64,000 bases of DNA. Source: Chloroflexota bacterium. Lineage in GTDB: Bacteria > Chloroflexota > Limnocylindria > Limnocylindrales > CSP1-4. This document shows, in pieces, positions 43,724 to 53,643 of the stretch (its first letter is position 1; the number at the start of each line of letters is the position of its first letter). The notes beneath the pieces were generated by a model. The model saw only the letters and a program-made list of their open reading frames with translations. It was not told where the DNA came from and did no database searches. The stretch covers positions 107,578 to 171,577 of the forward strand of contig DAOUEA010000009.1 of assembly GCA_034430475.1 (NCBI GenBank), given 5' to 3'. A program made the translations under genes and the position numbers.

Positions 43724-44977
43724 CTACGCCCCGCGACGGTCCGCCACCACCCGGCCGCCCTGCATGACGAAGACGATCCTCGCCTGATCGCGCCACAGCT
43801 CCGGCTCTGTCAGAGGGTCGCCGCTCACGGCGATCAGGTCGGCCTGCTTGCCGGCCTCCAGCGTGCCCACCTCGTCCGCCAGGCCGAGCAGCTCGGCGGC
43901 GTGGTTGGTGGCCGCCTGGATCGCCCTGAAGGGGCCCAGTCCGTACTCGGCCATGTAGGCCAGCTCGCCCGGCGGGTGCATGCCGTTGAAGCCGTCGGTG
44001 CCCATGATCACCCGCACGCCCCGCTCCACTGCGTGTAGGAAGCTTGCCTGCTGGCGCTCGAAGAGGTACCGCATCTTCTCGATCGCCCAGGGCGGCACCT
44101 CGCCGCGGGCAATCCGCTCTTCGTCCATCAGAGCGAAGTTGATGCTGAAGGTGGGGACCAGCGGCACCCCGCGCTCGAGCATCAGGTCGATCCCCTCGTC
44201 GTCGAGCAGGTCGCCGTGCTCGATGCTGGTGATGCCGGCCCGCAAGGCGTTCTTGATGCCGGTCGTGCCCTCGGCGTGGGCCAGCGTGCCGCGGATGCCG
44301 GCCGCTTTCGCCTCCTCCACGATGACCTCGATCTCTTCGATGGTGAACTGCGAAGCGTCCGGCGCATCGGCGGCGGAGAGCACTCCACCCGTGGCCATGA
44401 CCTTGATCCAGTCGGCACCGGAGCGGATCTGCAGGCGCGTGGCGCGGCGTACCGCGTCCGGCCCATCGGCCACGCCGGACGGCAGGTCGGTCATCTCCGG
44501 GCCGATCGCGGCCCCCGAAGGAGCCCAGTCGTCGGCGTGCCCGCCGGTCTGGGAGAGGGGGCAGATGCTGACCTGGGTGCGCGGCCCTGGGAAGGCTCCC
44601 GAAGCGAAGGCGCGCTTGACCCCGGCCGGCGTGTAGCCCGCATCCCGGACTGTTGTCACGCCCGCTTCCAGGAAGTCGCGTCCGGTCTGGAGGCACCGCA
44701 CCACGATGTCCGAGGCGGCGCGCTGGATCTGGTCGTGGACCGGCTCCAGGCGCAGGGCCAGGTGGACGTGGCAGTCGATGATGCCCGGCAGGAGAGTCAG
44801 CCCGTTCAGGTCGATCCGCTCGGCGTCCCTCGGCACCGAGACAGAGGCGGAGGGGCCGTCAGCGGCTATGCGGCCCTCAGCGTCCGTCAGCAGAGTCCCA
44901 TCCGGCGTCGCGTCCGGCGAGCGGCCGTCGAGAAGCCGAGCGCCGATGAGGGCGACTGGTTTGTTCGGCGCTGACAT
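43724..44977 (-). CDS. amidohydrolase-superfamily metal-dependent hydrolase
   Basis: GGAGG RBS. LLPGIIDCHVHL (HxH), later HAEG and IEHG, and C-terminal GTLEAGKQADLIAV typical of this superfamily. Confidence 0.88.
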   Translation of the reverse strand: MSAPNKPVALIGARLLDGRSPDATPDGTLLTDAEGRIAADGPSASVSVPRDAERIDLNGLTLLPGIIDCHVHLALRLEPVHDQIQRAASDIVVRCLQTGRDFLEAGVTTVRDAGYTPAGVKRAFASGAFPGPRTQVSICPLSQTGGHADDWAPSGAAIGPEMTDLPSGVADGPDAVRRATRLQIRSGADWIKVMATGGVLSAADAPDASQFTIEEIEVIVEEAKAAGIRGTLAHAEGTTGIKNALRAGITSIEHGDLLDDEGIDLMLERGVPLVPTFSINFALMDEERIARGEVPPWAIEKMRYLFERQQASFLHAVERGVRVIMGTDGFNGMHPPGELAYMAEYGLGPFRAIQAATNHAAELLGLADEVGTLEAGKQADLIAVSGDPLTEPELWRDQARIVFVMQGGRVVADRRGA

Positions 44978-45055
44978 TCTCGGGCCTCCAGATGCGTGTC
45001 GCGTGCGGCCCCCAGATCGTACAGCCTGGGACCGGCCATGCCCTCGGATCTCAAC

Positions 45056-45529
45056 TCAGCCAGAACGCGGGGTTTGGCCGGCGGCGCCCGGGCCTTCGCA
45101 CAGCTCCTTGAGACGCGCGAACTCCTGGCTCGACTGCTCGGCGATCTTGCGCTTCATGGACCGGCCGGCGAAAAGAGCGATCACGTTGACCGGGAAGCGC
45201 CAGCGCACGTCTGCCGTGTAGCTCAACCGCGTGCCGCCTTCGATCGCCTCCACGCGGTAGTCCACATCCACCCTGTTGACCCGGCTCTCCAGGTGGAAGC
45301 CGATGCGCCGGTTCGGCCCGAAGGCGGTGATGGTGCCCTCCATGTCGACCCCGCCCTCGGCATCCTCGACCCTCTCCCGGAAGGTCGTGCCTACCATGCC
45401 CGGCTTCTGGTCGATGATCTCGCCGCCGGCGACGCTGGTCATCCACGTCATGGCCTTCTCCGGGCTGGCTACCCAGCAGAAGACCGTCTCTACGTCGCTC
45501 CTGATGTCGATCACGAAGTCGATGCGCAT
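45056..45529 (-). CDS. SRPBCC-superfamily (START/polyketide-cyclase-like) protein
   Basis: 157 aa. The pattern IDIRSDVETVFCWVASPEKAMTWM... is typical of AHSA1/SRPBCC proteins. Confidence 0.75.
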   Translation of the reverse strand: MRIDFVIDIRSDVETVFCWVASPEKAMTWMTSVAGGEIIDQKPGMVGTTFRERVEDAEGGVDMEGTITAFGPNRRIGFHLESRVNRVDVDYRVEAIEGGTRLSYTADVRWRFPVNVIALFAGRSMKRKIAEQSSQEFARLKELCEGPGAAGQTPRSG

Positions 45530-45574
45530 GGCTCTTCTCAGGCCGGGCGCCCGATTGGCGGGCCGCCTACTCCG

Positions 45575-46177
45575 CTACCGCCACTGGTCGCGCGGGTCCG
45601 GCCGGATGGTTGGGGCCTGGGGCCTCACCCCGAAGCGCAGCGCGTGGCGGGACCAATCCGGGTCCTCCGGCTGCCAGGTCTGGGTGGCCTTGCCTGCGGC
45701 GTCGACGCGGACGATCGAGCCGTCGCTCTCGAGCACGAGTCTGCCGCCGTCGCCGAGCGGGATCTCGTGCCGCTTGTACTTGCGGCGAACGACGGGAACG
45801 GTAGGGGGCCAGGCGGGCGGAGCAGCGGCTTCGGCAGCAGGGGCAGCCTTCGCGGCGGCAGGCTTGGCCGGCGCGGGCTTCGCGGCGGGCTTCGCGGCGG
45901 TCTTCGGGCCCTGCTTCGCAGCCGGCTTCGTGGCGGGAACAGGCTTGGCCGCCGGCTTGGCTGGCGCGGCCTTGGCTGGCGCGGTCTTTGCTGCCGGCCT
46001 GGCTGCCGCGGGCTTCGGGGCGGCTGTCCTGGGAGCGACCTTCGCCGCCGGCGCAGGTTTGGCTGCCGCGGGCTTCGCTGCCGCGGGCGTCGGCGCCGGC
46101 TTGGCGGGCGCGGCCTTGGCCGCCGGTTTCGACGCGGGCCTGGCGGCCCTCGTGGCGCGCTTCGCTTCTGCTGCCAT
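45575..46177 (-). CDS. Ala/Lys/Pro-rich (histone-H1-like) protein with an ~85-aa globular C-terminal domain
   Basis: 200 aa. The first ~115 residues are AAKPA/PAKPA repeats. The C-terminal part is VVRRKYKRHEIPLGDGGRLVLESDGSIVRVDAAGKATQTWQPEDPDWSRHALRFG. Confidence 0.65.
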   Translation of the reverse strand: MAAEAKRATRAARPASKPAAKAAPAKPAPTPAAAKPAAAKPAPAAKVAPRTAAPKPAAARPAAKTAPAKAAPAKPAAKPVPATKPAAKQGPKTAAKPAAKPAPAKPAAAKAAPAAEAAAPPAWPPTVPVVRRKYKRHEIPLGDGGRLVLESDGSIVRVDAAGKATQTWQPEDPDWSRHALRFGVRPQAPTIRPDPRDQWR

Positions 46178-46282
46178 TCAGGCGCCCTTCCTCGATTGCG
46201 GCTGCCGCCCGTGGGCCGTCTCGACCACGCTCTGCCTCCTTCTCGTTCCGGGAAACCCAAGTCTATTGGAGAACGCCGAGCT

Positions 46283-47086
46283 TCACCCGCGGCCGCGCTT
46301 GTCCCGCAGCCGCGCCAGCAGCTCGTCATGGATGAGGCCGTTCGTCGCGACCGCCGAAGCCCCGTCGAAGCGCCGCTCTCCGTCCATTGTGCTGAAGCGC
46401 CCGCCGGCCTCCTCGATGATCACCAGCGGCGCCGCCCAGTCCCAGGGATGGGCGCCGGTTTCGACCATGGCCTCGGCAGCCCCCTCGGCCACCAGCATGT
46501 AGCCCCAGAAGTCACCGAAACCCCGCTCACGCCAGGCCTGAGCCAGGGTCGCGTCCAACCCCGGCATCAGCCCCGAGCGCATGTCCTCGGTGCGACTTCC
46601 GTACAGCAGCTGCGATTCCTCGACGCGGGGCACCCGGCTCACGGCAATCGGCCGTTCGCCCCGCCAGGCTCCCCCGCCCCGCCAGCCCATCCAGCGTTCG
46701 TGCAGAGCGGGCGCGCTGACGACTCCCAGCTGGACCTCTTCGTCCAGGGCCACCGCCAGCAGGGTTGCGAAGGCGGGCACGCCCCGGACGAAGTTGCTGG
46801 TGGCATCGATGGGGTCGATGTACCAGCACAGGCTCGAGTCACCCGAATCCGTCCCCTCCTCTTCGCCCACCAGGCAGCAGCCGGGGAAGGCCGCCCGCAG
46901 CCGATCGCGAGCCAGGCTCTCGATCGACCGGTCGATCTCGGTCACCAGCGTCTTGTCCGGCTTGGTATCGACGCGGATGTCCCGCCGGAAGCCCGCCAGC
47001 GACAGCTCGTCCGCTTCGTCGCAGACGGCCAGCGCCACCTCGAGCCAGTGGCTCACCTCGACCGCCGAAGGGATCCGTTCGCTCAT
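46283..47086 (-). CDS. inositol-monophosphatase-family phosphatase (IMPase/HisN-like)
   Basis: VGEEEG, WYIDPIDATSNF and a C-terminal WDWAAP-type motif are characteristic of the IMPase family. Confidence 0.88.
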   Translation of the reverse strand: MSERIPSAVEVSHWLEVALAVCDEADELSLAGFRRDIRVDTKPDKTLVTEIDRSIESLARDRLRAAFPGCCLVGEEEGTDSGDSSLCWYIDPIDATSNFVRGVPAFATLLAVALDEEVQLGVVSAPALHERWMGWRGGGAWRGERPIAVSRVPRVEESQLLYGSRTEDMRSGLMPGLDATLAQAWRERGFGDFWGYMLVAEGAAEAMVETGAHPWDWAAPLVIIEEAGGRFSTMDGERRFDGASAVATNGLIHDELLARLRDKRGRG

Positions 47087-47290
47087 GTGCGAAATCGTAA
47101 CGGCAATCCGGGCGAATCGGACGGCTGCGGCGCACGACTCACTCGGGCAGCACTCGCCTCAGGCGCGGCTACGCAGATGACCGCAGTACGAGCGTTGGGT
47201 TGTCCGCTCCGGATGCCCGGGCCAGCATTCTCCATGGACCGCCACGGCGGCGTGGGGCCGAGGCGTCGATCCACACGGGAGGCCAGAGGC

Positions 47291-48016
47291 GTGAGGGCAA
47301 TTCTCATCCAGGGCGTCGGAGCAACTGTCGCCGCTGCCATTCTGCTCGCATCCTTCGGGGCCGCCCCGGCGGCCGCCGCGGACCTCGATCTCGAAGTCCC
47401 GGTCTGGATGGGTGGCTACTCCATCGATGGAGATCCCTTCGTCGAGGAGACGGGATGCTTGAGCGGCCTCTCCGGCGGCGTTGTGCTGGGGGCAGTCTAC
47501 GAGCATCGCTGCGCCCTGGAGTTCGATCTGTCGAGCGCCCCGGACGCCGCAACCATCACGTCGGTCTCGCTCAGGCTCCGGAACGGTGGCCCCGCCAGCT
47601 GCGGCGCCATCCAAACCTGCCCGATCACCCTGGCGGGTTACGCGGGCGATGGGATCGGCGCGCTCGAGGATCTCACCGCCGGCTCGACGATCCTCACGTT
47701 CAACGTCCCTAACGCGGTCTACAACGACTACGACGTCACAGCCTTCGTTCTGAGCCTGCTCGGCTCCAGCGAGCAGTGGGCCGGCTTCGTCCTCTCGAGC
47801 GAGGTCTTCATCGGCTGGCTCAGCGGCGGCAACTACCCGCCTGTTCTCAGGATCACCTACACCGTCCCGCCCACGGCCCCTCCCTCTGCGCCGCCGACCT
47901 CGACCGAGCCGGGACCTCCCTCCGATTCCAGCAGGCCCCTCGTCGAGCTGATAGCCATGCTGCTTCTGGTCGCGACCGGCACCCGACTGGTCGCCGTGCG
48001 CGTCAGCCGCCACTAG
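47291..48016 (+). CDS. secreted/cell-surface protein with signal peptide and C-terminal TM anchor
   Basis: GTG 47291 with GGGAGG 9 nt upstream. Signal-like AAAILLASFGAAPAAAA, a ~170-aa beta-rich domain, a Pro/Ser/Thr linker, then LVELIAMLLLVATG plus a basic tail. It is the 3' part of a long spurious ORF in the track. Confidence 0.65.
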   Translation: MRAILIQGVGATVAAAILLASFGAAPAAAADLDLEVPVWMGGYSIDGDPFVEETGCLSGLSGGVVLGAVYEHRCALEFDLSSAPDAATITSVSLRLRNGGPASCGAIQTCPITLAGYAGDGIGALEDLTAGSTILTFNVPNAVYNDYDVTAFVLSLLGSSEQWAGFVLSSEVFIGWLSGGNYPPVLRITYTVPPTAPPSAPPTSTEPGPPSDSSRPLVELIAMLLLVATGTRLVAVRVSRH

Positions 48017-48040
48017 CCTCCACGCCGTCCCGACAAAGCA

Positions 48041-48070
48041 GAAGGGCGCCCTCACGGGCGCCCTTCGTTT
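48041..48070. terminator. bidirectional hairpin terminator between convergent genes
   Basis: GAAGGGCGCC-CTCACG-GGCGCCCTTC (10-bp perfect stem) followed by GTTT on the plus strand. Lies between stops at 48016 (+) and 48090 (-). Confidence 0.6.
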
Positions 48071-48089
48071 CTCCGTGCCAAGACCGGGC

Positions 48090-49484
48090 CTAGAGACCCT
48101 TGAGAGCCTCCGGCAGCGGCTTGTGGAACTCGACCGGCTTGACGTGCTTGTCGACCAGGGCCCGGCTGCCCGGCACCCCCAACTGCTTGAAGAGGAAGTC
48201 GATCTTCTCAGCCTGGGCCTGCAGGATCACGTCCTTCGTCGGCAGGTCCCAGAGCTGGCGCTTGAACGGCCCGATCGCCTTCTTGCGGCTGGTGTAGACG
48301 AACTGGGCGTCCGTCTGGCCCTCCTTGCGCTCGCCGGCGCAGTTGGCAAAGACCCATTCCTCGATCGCCTTGTGCAGGTCGGCCGGGAAGGTCGGGTGCT
48401 CGTACAGGGCGTTCTGGAAGCCGGTGGCCAGGTGGATCTCGGAGGCACCGGTGGCCGGGAACTTGTGGAACATGTCGTCCGGCAGGGTGCTCGCGCCGTG
48501 CTGGACGGCGCCCGACAGGCCGTACTCGCGGGCGACCGTGGAGAGCTCGGTCAGGACGTTGAAGTCCAGAGCCACCTCCGCAACGGTGCCGTCGGCCAGC
48601 GGGGTGCCGCCGTGGCTGGTGCCGGTCTGGACCGAAACCTTGGACAGGCCGACGGCTCCGGGAGAACGCACCTCCAACTCGCGGTTGTAGCCGTCGAGGT
48701 AGGCCCTCAACTCCGCCGGGTTGCTGTTGGACTTGCCCACCTCGCCGATCTCACCGCCGACGCTGACGGTCACGCCGTCAGCCTCGAGAGTGCGGATCAG
48801 AGCGGTCAGCTCGGCCGCGCGCACGTAGTTCTCGCGCTGCTGGGCGTCGAGAGTGTCGTGCGAGAGGTCGACCAGCGTGGAGCTGTCGATGTCGATGTTG
48901 CGGTAGCCGGCGGCGATGGCGTCGCGGCAGGCCTTGCGAATCTCCTCGGTCACCTTCTCGGGATCCGCGGCGTACCTCTTGGCGTTGAACTGGTAGTGGT
49001 CGCCCTGGATGAAGACGGGGCCCTTCCAGCCGGCGGCGATGGCGCCCGCCAGGACGCTCGTGGCGTACTCGAAGACGCGCTGGTACGTGTAGGTCTGCTC
49101 CGAGCGGGCCAGTTCGAAGATGACCGCCGAGGCGTCCCTTTTCTCGGCCGTCTCGAAGATGATGCGGGCCATGTCGAAGGTCTGGGCGCGAAGGTTGATG
49201 GCCGGGACGGTCAGGCCTTCGTATTCGCCCCGGCCGCGGGCGATGTACATGTCGTGGATGCTGGCCGAACGGGCGCCCGTCTCCTGGCTGGCTTCCCAGA
49301 CGATCCACTGAGCAGCCTGGCGCGTCGGCTCGTCTTCCGTGAAGGTCGCCGTCCAGGCGAGGTCATAGATGCCGCGCGTCCGAAGGGCCGCCTCGTCGAC
49401 AACGACGAGCCGCTCTCCCTCGATGCGCACGATGCCGTCGAGGGCGGCGAGGAGCTCCTTGACGGAGCCGGCAACCTGGGGCAT
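48090..49484 (-). CDS. class-II (metal-dependent) ketose/fructose-bisphosphate aldolase family protein, long form
   Basis: 464 aa. Segments FIQGDHYQF, VQTGTSHGG and AVQHGASTL align by eye with the three His-containing Zn-ligand motifs of class-II aldolases. AGGAG RBS. Confidence 0.75.
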   Translation of the reverse strand: MPQVAGSVKELLAALDGIVRIEGERLVVVDEAALRTRGIYDLAWTATFTEDEPTRQAAQWIVWEASQETGARSASIHDMYIARGRGEYEGLTVPAINLRAQTFDMARIIFETAEKRDASAVIFELARSEQTYTYQRVFEYATSVLAGAIAAGWKGPVFIQGDHYQFNAKRYAADPEKVTEEIRKACRDAIAAGYRNIDIDSSTLVDLSHDTLDAQQRENYVRAAELTALIRTLEADGVTVSVGGEIGEVGKSNSNPAELRAYLDGYNRELEVRSPGAVGLSKVSVQTGTSHGGTPLADGTVAEVALDFNVLTELSTVAREYGLSGAVQHGASTLPDDMFHKFPATGASEIHLATGFQNALYEHPTFPADLHKAIEEWVFANCAGERKEGQTDAQFVYTSRKKAIGPFKRQLWDLPTKDVILQAQAEKIDFLFKQLGVPGSRALVDKHVKPVEFHKPLPEALKGL

Positions 49485-49673
49485 TTGCTATCGATCTCCT
49501 GATTCGATTGGGGCCCGGACGGGCGCGCAGGGCACACCGAAGCCGGGAACTGGTCCACTGATGACCCGGCAATGGTACCGCGCCGGGAAGTCGGGCCACC
49601 GTGCCGCATGGACCGTCAGGCGGCGCCGAGCGGCAGTTACGCGGCGGGCCGGTCGGCCGCCCGGGCGCGGATC

Positions 49674-51278
49674 TCAGCTGAGCGCCTTCACCGCCTCGCG
49701 CTCGATGGCCAGGCCCTTCTTATGCCGGGCGAAGAATTCGGCGAAACCGGCCACGTCTCGCGGGTCGGGCTTGACGGGCTTGCCGATGCTCCCGGCGATG
49801 AGCGAGTCCAGGTAGTCCGGCAGCGACTGCCCGGCGTCGGCGCGGAGCACGTAGGCGGCCAGCACGGCCATGCCCCAGGCGCCGCCCTCTCCGGCAGTGG
49901 CCGGGATGCTGACCGGGACGTCCAGCGCGGCGGCCATCATGCGCTGGCCCGTGTTGCCGCCCTTGAAGAAGCCACCGTGGCCGCGGATCTCCTCGATGAC
50001 CACCCCCTCCTCCTCGGTCAGGATGTTCATGCCGGTCCGCAGCGAGCAGAGCGAGGCGTAGAGCATCGCCCGCACGAAGTTCTCCAGCGTGAACTTCGAA
50101 TCCTCCCGTCGGACGAACAACGGCCGGCCCTCGGTGAAGCCGGTTATGTGCTCACCCGAAACGTAGTTGATGGACAGGAGGCCGCCCGCGTCCGGATCCC
50201 CCTGCAGGGCGAGCGGAAGAAGCTTGCCGTACAGGTCGTCGGGATCGGTCGAGCCGCCCAGCGCACCGGCCACCTGGCCGAAGAGCGCGATCCAGTCGTC
50301 GAGGTCGGACGAGCCGTTGTTGGAGTGGGCCATGGCTACGGGCTTGCCATCCGGCGTGACCACGATGTCGATCTCCTCGTGGACGCGCGACAGGCTCTTC
50401 TCCAGCACGATCATGGCGAAGACCGAGGTGCCCGCCGAGACGTTGCCCGACCGCGGCCGCACGGCGTTGGTGGCGACCATGCCCGTCCCTGCGTCGCCCT
50501 CCGGAGGGCAGAGCGGGATGCCGGCGGGGAGCTTGCCGGTGGGGTCGAGCAGCTTCACGCCTTCGGCGGTGAGCTTCCCGGCGGACTGGCCGGCGGGCAG
50601 CACCCGGGGCAGGATCTCACGCAGCTTCCAGCCCAGCTGACGCGGCTCGATCAGACCGTCGAATTTCGCCATCCGTGCGGCATCCCAATCGCCCGTCAGC
50701 GGGTCGATGGGGAACATGCCCGAGGCCTCGCCGACGCCCATCTTGTGCTCGCCGGTGAGCTTCCAGTGAACGTAGCCGGCCAGCGTGGTCAGGTGGGCGA
50801 TCCGCGGCACGTGCGGCTGCTCTTCCAGGATCGACTGGTAGAGGTGAGCGATGCTCCAGCGCTGCGGGACGGCGAAGTCGAGGAGCGGCGTCAGCTCCGC
50901 GCAGGCCTGACCGGTGATGTTGTTACGCCAGGTGCGGAACGGGACCAGCAGCTCGCCGTCGCGGTCCAGGGCCACGTAGCCGTGCATCATGGCGCTGAAC
51001 CCCGTGGCCGCCACCGTCGTCAGCTCCAGGGAGTAGCGAGCCCGGACGTCCTCGACCAGCGAGGCATAGCACGCGGCCAGGCCCTTCCAAACGTCCTCCG
51101 TGTCGTAGGTCCAGACGCCGTCCTTGAGCTGGTTCTCCCAGGCGTGCGAGCCTGAGGCGAGCGGCGTCGTGTCCGGGGCGATGAGGGCCGCCTTGATCCG
51201 GGTGGAGCCGAACTCGATGCCGAGGACAGCGCCGCCGGACCGGATCAGGTCCGCCGCGCTTCCCTGTTGCTGGTTCAT
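49674..51278 (-). CDS. araB: FGGY-family carbohydrate kinase, L-ribulokinase type
   Basis: GGAGG RBS. N-terminal [15 protein letters not shown] (the form seen in Gram-positive AraB). 534 aa. Sits directly downstream of araA-araD. Confidence 0.8.
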   Translation of the reverse strand: MNQQQGSAADLIRSGGAVLGIEFGSTRIKAALIAPDTTPLASGSHAWENQLKDGVWTYDTEDVWKGLAACYASLVEDVRARYSLELTTVAATGFSAMMHGYVALDRDGELLVPFRTWRNNITGQACAELTPLLDFAVPQRWSIAHLYQSILEEQPHVPRIAHLTTLAGYVHWKLTGEHKMGVGEASGMFPIDPLTGDWDAARMAKFDGLIEPRQLGWKLREILPRVLPAGQSAGKLTAEGVKLLDPTGKLPAGIPLCPPEGDAGTGMVATNAVRPRSGNVSAGTSVFAMIVLEKSLSRVHEEIDIVVTPDGKPVAMAHSNNGSSDLDDWIALFGQVAGALGGSTDPDDLYGKLLPLALQGDPDAGGLLSINYVSGEHITGFTEGRPLFVRREDSKFTLENFVRAMLYASLCSLRTGMNILTEEEGVVIEEIRGHGGFFKGGNTGQRMMAAALDVPVSIPATAGEGGAWGMAVLAAYVLRADAGQSLPDYLDSLIAGSIGKPVKPDPRDVAGFAEFFARHKKGLAIEREAVKALS

Positions 51279-51341
51279 CGGAACCTCCTCCCCACGTTCC
51301 GGGGCCCTGGGCAGATCGACCGATCCCCGGCACGCCGCCCT

Positions 51342-52058
51342 TCAGCGGTTCTTCTGGCCGTAGTAGGCCCCTGGGCCATGCTTGCGCTGGAAATGCCGCT
51401 CCAGGAGATAGAGGGCCATCGGCCCCGCCCCGGGATTGAGGCTCAGGGTTCGATAGGCCATGTCCGCCACTGCCTCCAGGGCAATGGCGTTTTCGACGGC
51501 CCTGGTCGCGTCGGCGCCCCAGCAGAATGGCCCATGGGAAGCCACCAGCATGGCCGGCATCTCGGCTGCGCTCAAGCCCAGGCCGTCCAGGGTCTCGATG
51601 ATGACCACCCCGGTCTCGTGCTCGTACTCCCCGGCAACCTCGGACTCGCGCATCCGGCGCGTGACCGGAACAGGCCCGGGGAAGTGATCGGCGTGGGTCG
51701 TCCCCAGGGGCGGTATGGGCCGGCCCGCCTGGGCCCAGGCCGAGGCGGCCGTGGAGTGGGTATGGACAACGCCACCGATCTCCGGGTAGCGCTGGTACAG
51801 CAGCAGATGGGTCGGCGTGTCCGACGAAGGGCGGAGATCGCCCTCCACCACTTTGCCGTCGGTCAGCGATACCGCCACGAGCTCCTCGGGGCGCAACTCG
51901 TCGTAGGGCACTCCGCTGGGCTTGATGAGCAGCAGCCCGGCCTCGCGATCGACACCGCTGGCGTTTCCGAAAGAGAGGGTCACGAGACCGGCTCGGACAA
52001 GCTCCCGGTTGGCGCGCCAGACCTCGTCTCGCAGCTCGCGCAGCGATCGCCCGGCCAC
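51342..52058 (-). CDS. araD: L-ribulose-5-phosphate 4-epimerase (class-II aldolase/adducin fold)
   Basis: GTG 52058 chosen, giving 238 aa. GNASGVDRE, LIKPSGV, HTHSTAASAWAQAG and HFQRKHG are typical AraD motifs. The ORF-track N-terminal extension overlaps araA. Confidence 0.9.
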   Translation of the reverse strand: MAGRSLRELRDEVWRANRELVRAGLVTLSFGNASGVDREAGLLLIKPSGVPYDELRPEELVAVSLTDGKVVEGDLRPSSDTPTHLLLYQRYPEIGGVVHTHSTAASAWAQAGRPIPPLGTTHADHFPGPVPVTRRMRESEVAGEYEHETGVVIIETLDGLGLSAAEMPAMLVASHGPFCWGADATRAVENAIALEAVADMAYRTLSLNPGAGPMALYLLERHFQRKHGPGAYYGQKNR

Positions 52059-52077
52059 GAGCGCTCTCTCTCGCCGG

Positions 52078-53580
52078 CTAGAGGCCGCGGGCCAGGCGGT
52101 AGTAGGCCTGGTTCCAGCGGATCTCTTTCTTGAAGGCCGGCACGGTGGTCTTGTCGTCGATGACAAGCAGCTCCACGCCGGCCATCTCGGCCAGGTCGGT
52201 CAGCGGCTCGATGCCGACGGCCTGCGTCAAGACGGTGTGATGGGCCCCACCGCCGACCAGCCAGGCCTCCGCGGCAGTCCGAAGATCCGGCTTCGGCTTC
52301 CAGACAGCCCGGGCCACAGGGAGTTTCGGCAGCGGGTCGCTGGGCACGATCTCGATCTCGTTGGCGATGATCCGGAACCGGTCGCCCAGATCGATCAGCG
52401 TGGCCACGACGGCCGGTCCAGGCCTGGCATCGAAGACCAGGCGAACCGGATCGGGCTTGCCGCCTATGGAGAGCTGGTGAACTTCGATTCGCGGCTTTGA
52501 GGCGGCGATGGACGGACAGACCTCGAGCATGTGGGCACCCAGCACCACCGGGCCCTTGGGATCCAGGTGGTAGGTGTAGTCCTCCATGAAGCTCGTCCCG
52601 CCCGGCAGCCCGGCGGTCATGACTTTGACCAGGCGAACCATGGTGGCGGTCTTCCAGTCACCCTCGGCGCCGAAGCCGTAGCCGTCGGCCATCAGCCGTT
52701 GGACGGCCAGCCCCGGCAGCTGGGGCATCCCAACCAGGTCCTCGAAGGTGTCCGTGAACGCCCCGAAGCCGCCCGCGGTGAGGAAGCTCCGCAGGCCGGC
52801 CTCTATCCGGGCGGCCGCGCGCAGCTCGTCGTGCCTCGCGGCACCCACGGCCAGCTCCGCGGCCAGCTCGTAGGAGGTCTGATAGGTCTTCATCAGCGCC
52901 TCGACCTCGGAATCGGCGACCTTCTCGATGGCGTCGGTCAGCGCGCCGATACCGTAGCCGTTGACGGCCACTCCGAGCCGCATCTGGGCCTCGACCTTGT
53001 CGCCCTCGGTGACCGCCACCTGGCGCATGTTGTCGCCGAAACGAGCCACCTTGAGCCGGCGGGATTCGCTCCAGCCGCAGGCAGCGCGGGCCCAGGCCGC
53101 AATCCTGTCCACAACGTACGGATCCTGCCAGTGGCCGGCGACCGTCTTGCGGGCAATGCCCATGCGCGTCTCGATGAACCCGAACTCGCGGTCGCCGTGC
53201 GCCGACTGGTTCAGGTTCATGAAGTTCATGTCGATCTCTGCCCACGGCAGGTCTCTGTTGAACTGCGTGTGGAGGTGAAGCAGCGGTTTCGCCAGGACCG
53301 AGAGGCCGGCGATCCACATTCGGGCGGGCGAGAACGTGTGCATCCAGGCGATGACGCCCACGCACTTCTCCGCCGCATTCGCCTCGAGACACGCGGCCAG
53401 GATGCTCTCCGCCGACTTCACGGTGGGCCGGTAGACGATCCGCACGGGGATGGCGGACGACTCGTCCAGCGCCTTGGCCATGCGCTGCGAATCCTCGGCT
53501 ACCTGCCGCAGAGTCTCCTCGCCGTAGAGGTCCTGGCTGCCGGTGAGGAACCAGACTTCGTGCTCACCCAACGCCTTCAA
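52078..53580 (-). CDS. araA: L-arabinose isomerase
   Basis: TTG 53580 with AGGAG 7 nt upstream gives 500 aa starting (M)[23 protein letters not shown], the canonical AraA N-terminus. Also WMHTFSPA and FMEDYTYH motifs. The ORF-track start GTG 53619 lacks an RBS. Confidence 0.93.
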   Translation of the reverse strand: MKALGEHEVWFLTGSQDLYGEETLRQVAEDSQRMAKALDESSAIPVRIVYRPTVKSAESILAACLEANAAEKCVGVIAWMHTFSPARMWIAGLSVLAKPLLHLHTQFNRDLPWAEIDMNFMNLNQSAHGDREFGFIETRMGIARKTVAGHWQDPYVVDRIAAWARAACGWSESRRLKVARFGDNMRQVAVTEGDKVEAQMRLGVAVNGYGIGALTDAIEKVADSEVEALMKTYQTSYELAAELAVGAARHDELRAAARIEAGLRSFLTAGGFGAFTDTFEDLVGMPQLPGLAVQRLMADGYGFGAEGDWKTATMVRLVKVMTAGLPGGTSFMEDYTYHLDPKGPVVLGAHMLEVCPSIAASKPRIEVHQLSIGGKPDPVRLVFDARPGPAVVATLIDLGDRFRIIANEIEIVPSDPLPKLPVARAVWKPKPDLRTAAEAWLVGGGAHHTVLTQAVGIEPLTDLAEMAGVELLVIDDKTTVPAFKKEIRWNQAYYRLARGL

Positions 53581-53607
53581 CTGCGTGCTCCTGATGTTCC
53601 GCCGGAT

Positions 53608-53643
53608 GGTTGATCGCACCTCGGAGGAAAGGCACGATCAACC
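53608..53643. promoter_or_regulatory. 9-bp perfect inverted repeat GGTTGATCG-N18-CGATCAACC just upstream of araA
   Basis: Read directly from the sequence. A CCGTTAC motif follows at 53649-53655. Related motifs occur upstream of the LacI gene (60681-60718). Confidence 0.4.

Noticed and set aside
45800-46140. Repetitive GGCTTGGC/GGCCTTGGC DNA, considered as a non-coding tandem repeat or VNTR.
   Set aside because: It is the coding sequence of the AKP-rich N-terminal region of the 45575-46177 gene. The repeat units are imperfect and in frame.
44996-47290. The 5' three-quarters of the 1006-aa plus-strand ORF 44996..48016.
   Set aside because: This part is low-complexity (RG/GL repeats) and antisense to four well-supported minus-strand genes. 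Only the last 241 codons, from GTG 47291 with a good SD and a signal peptide, look real.
53617-53619. GTG 53619 (the ORF-track start) as the araA start codon.
   Set aside because: It has no SD and adds 13 residues not seen at AraA N-termini. TTG 53580 has AGGAG at 7 nt and yields a 500-aa protein starting just before the conserved EVWF.TGSQ.LYG.
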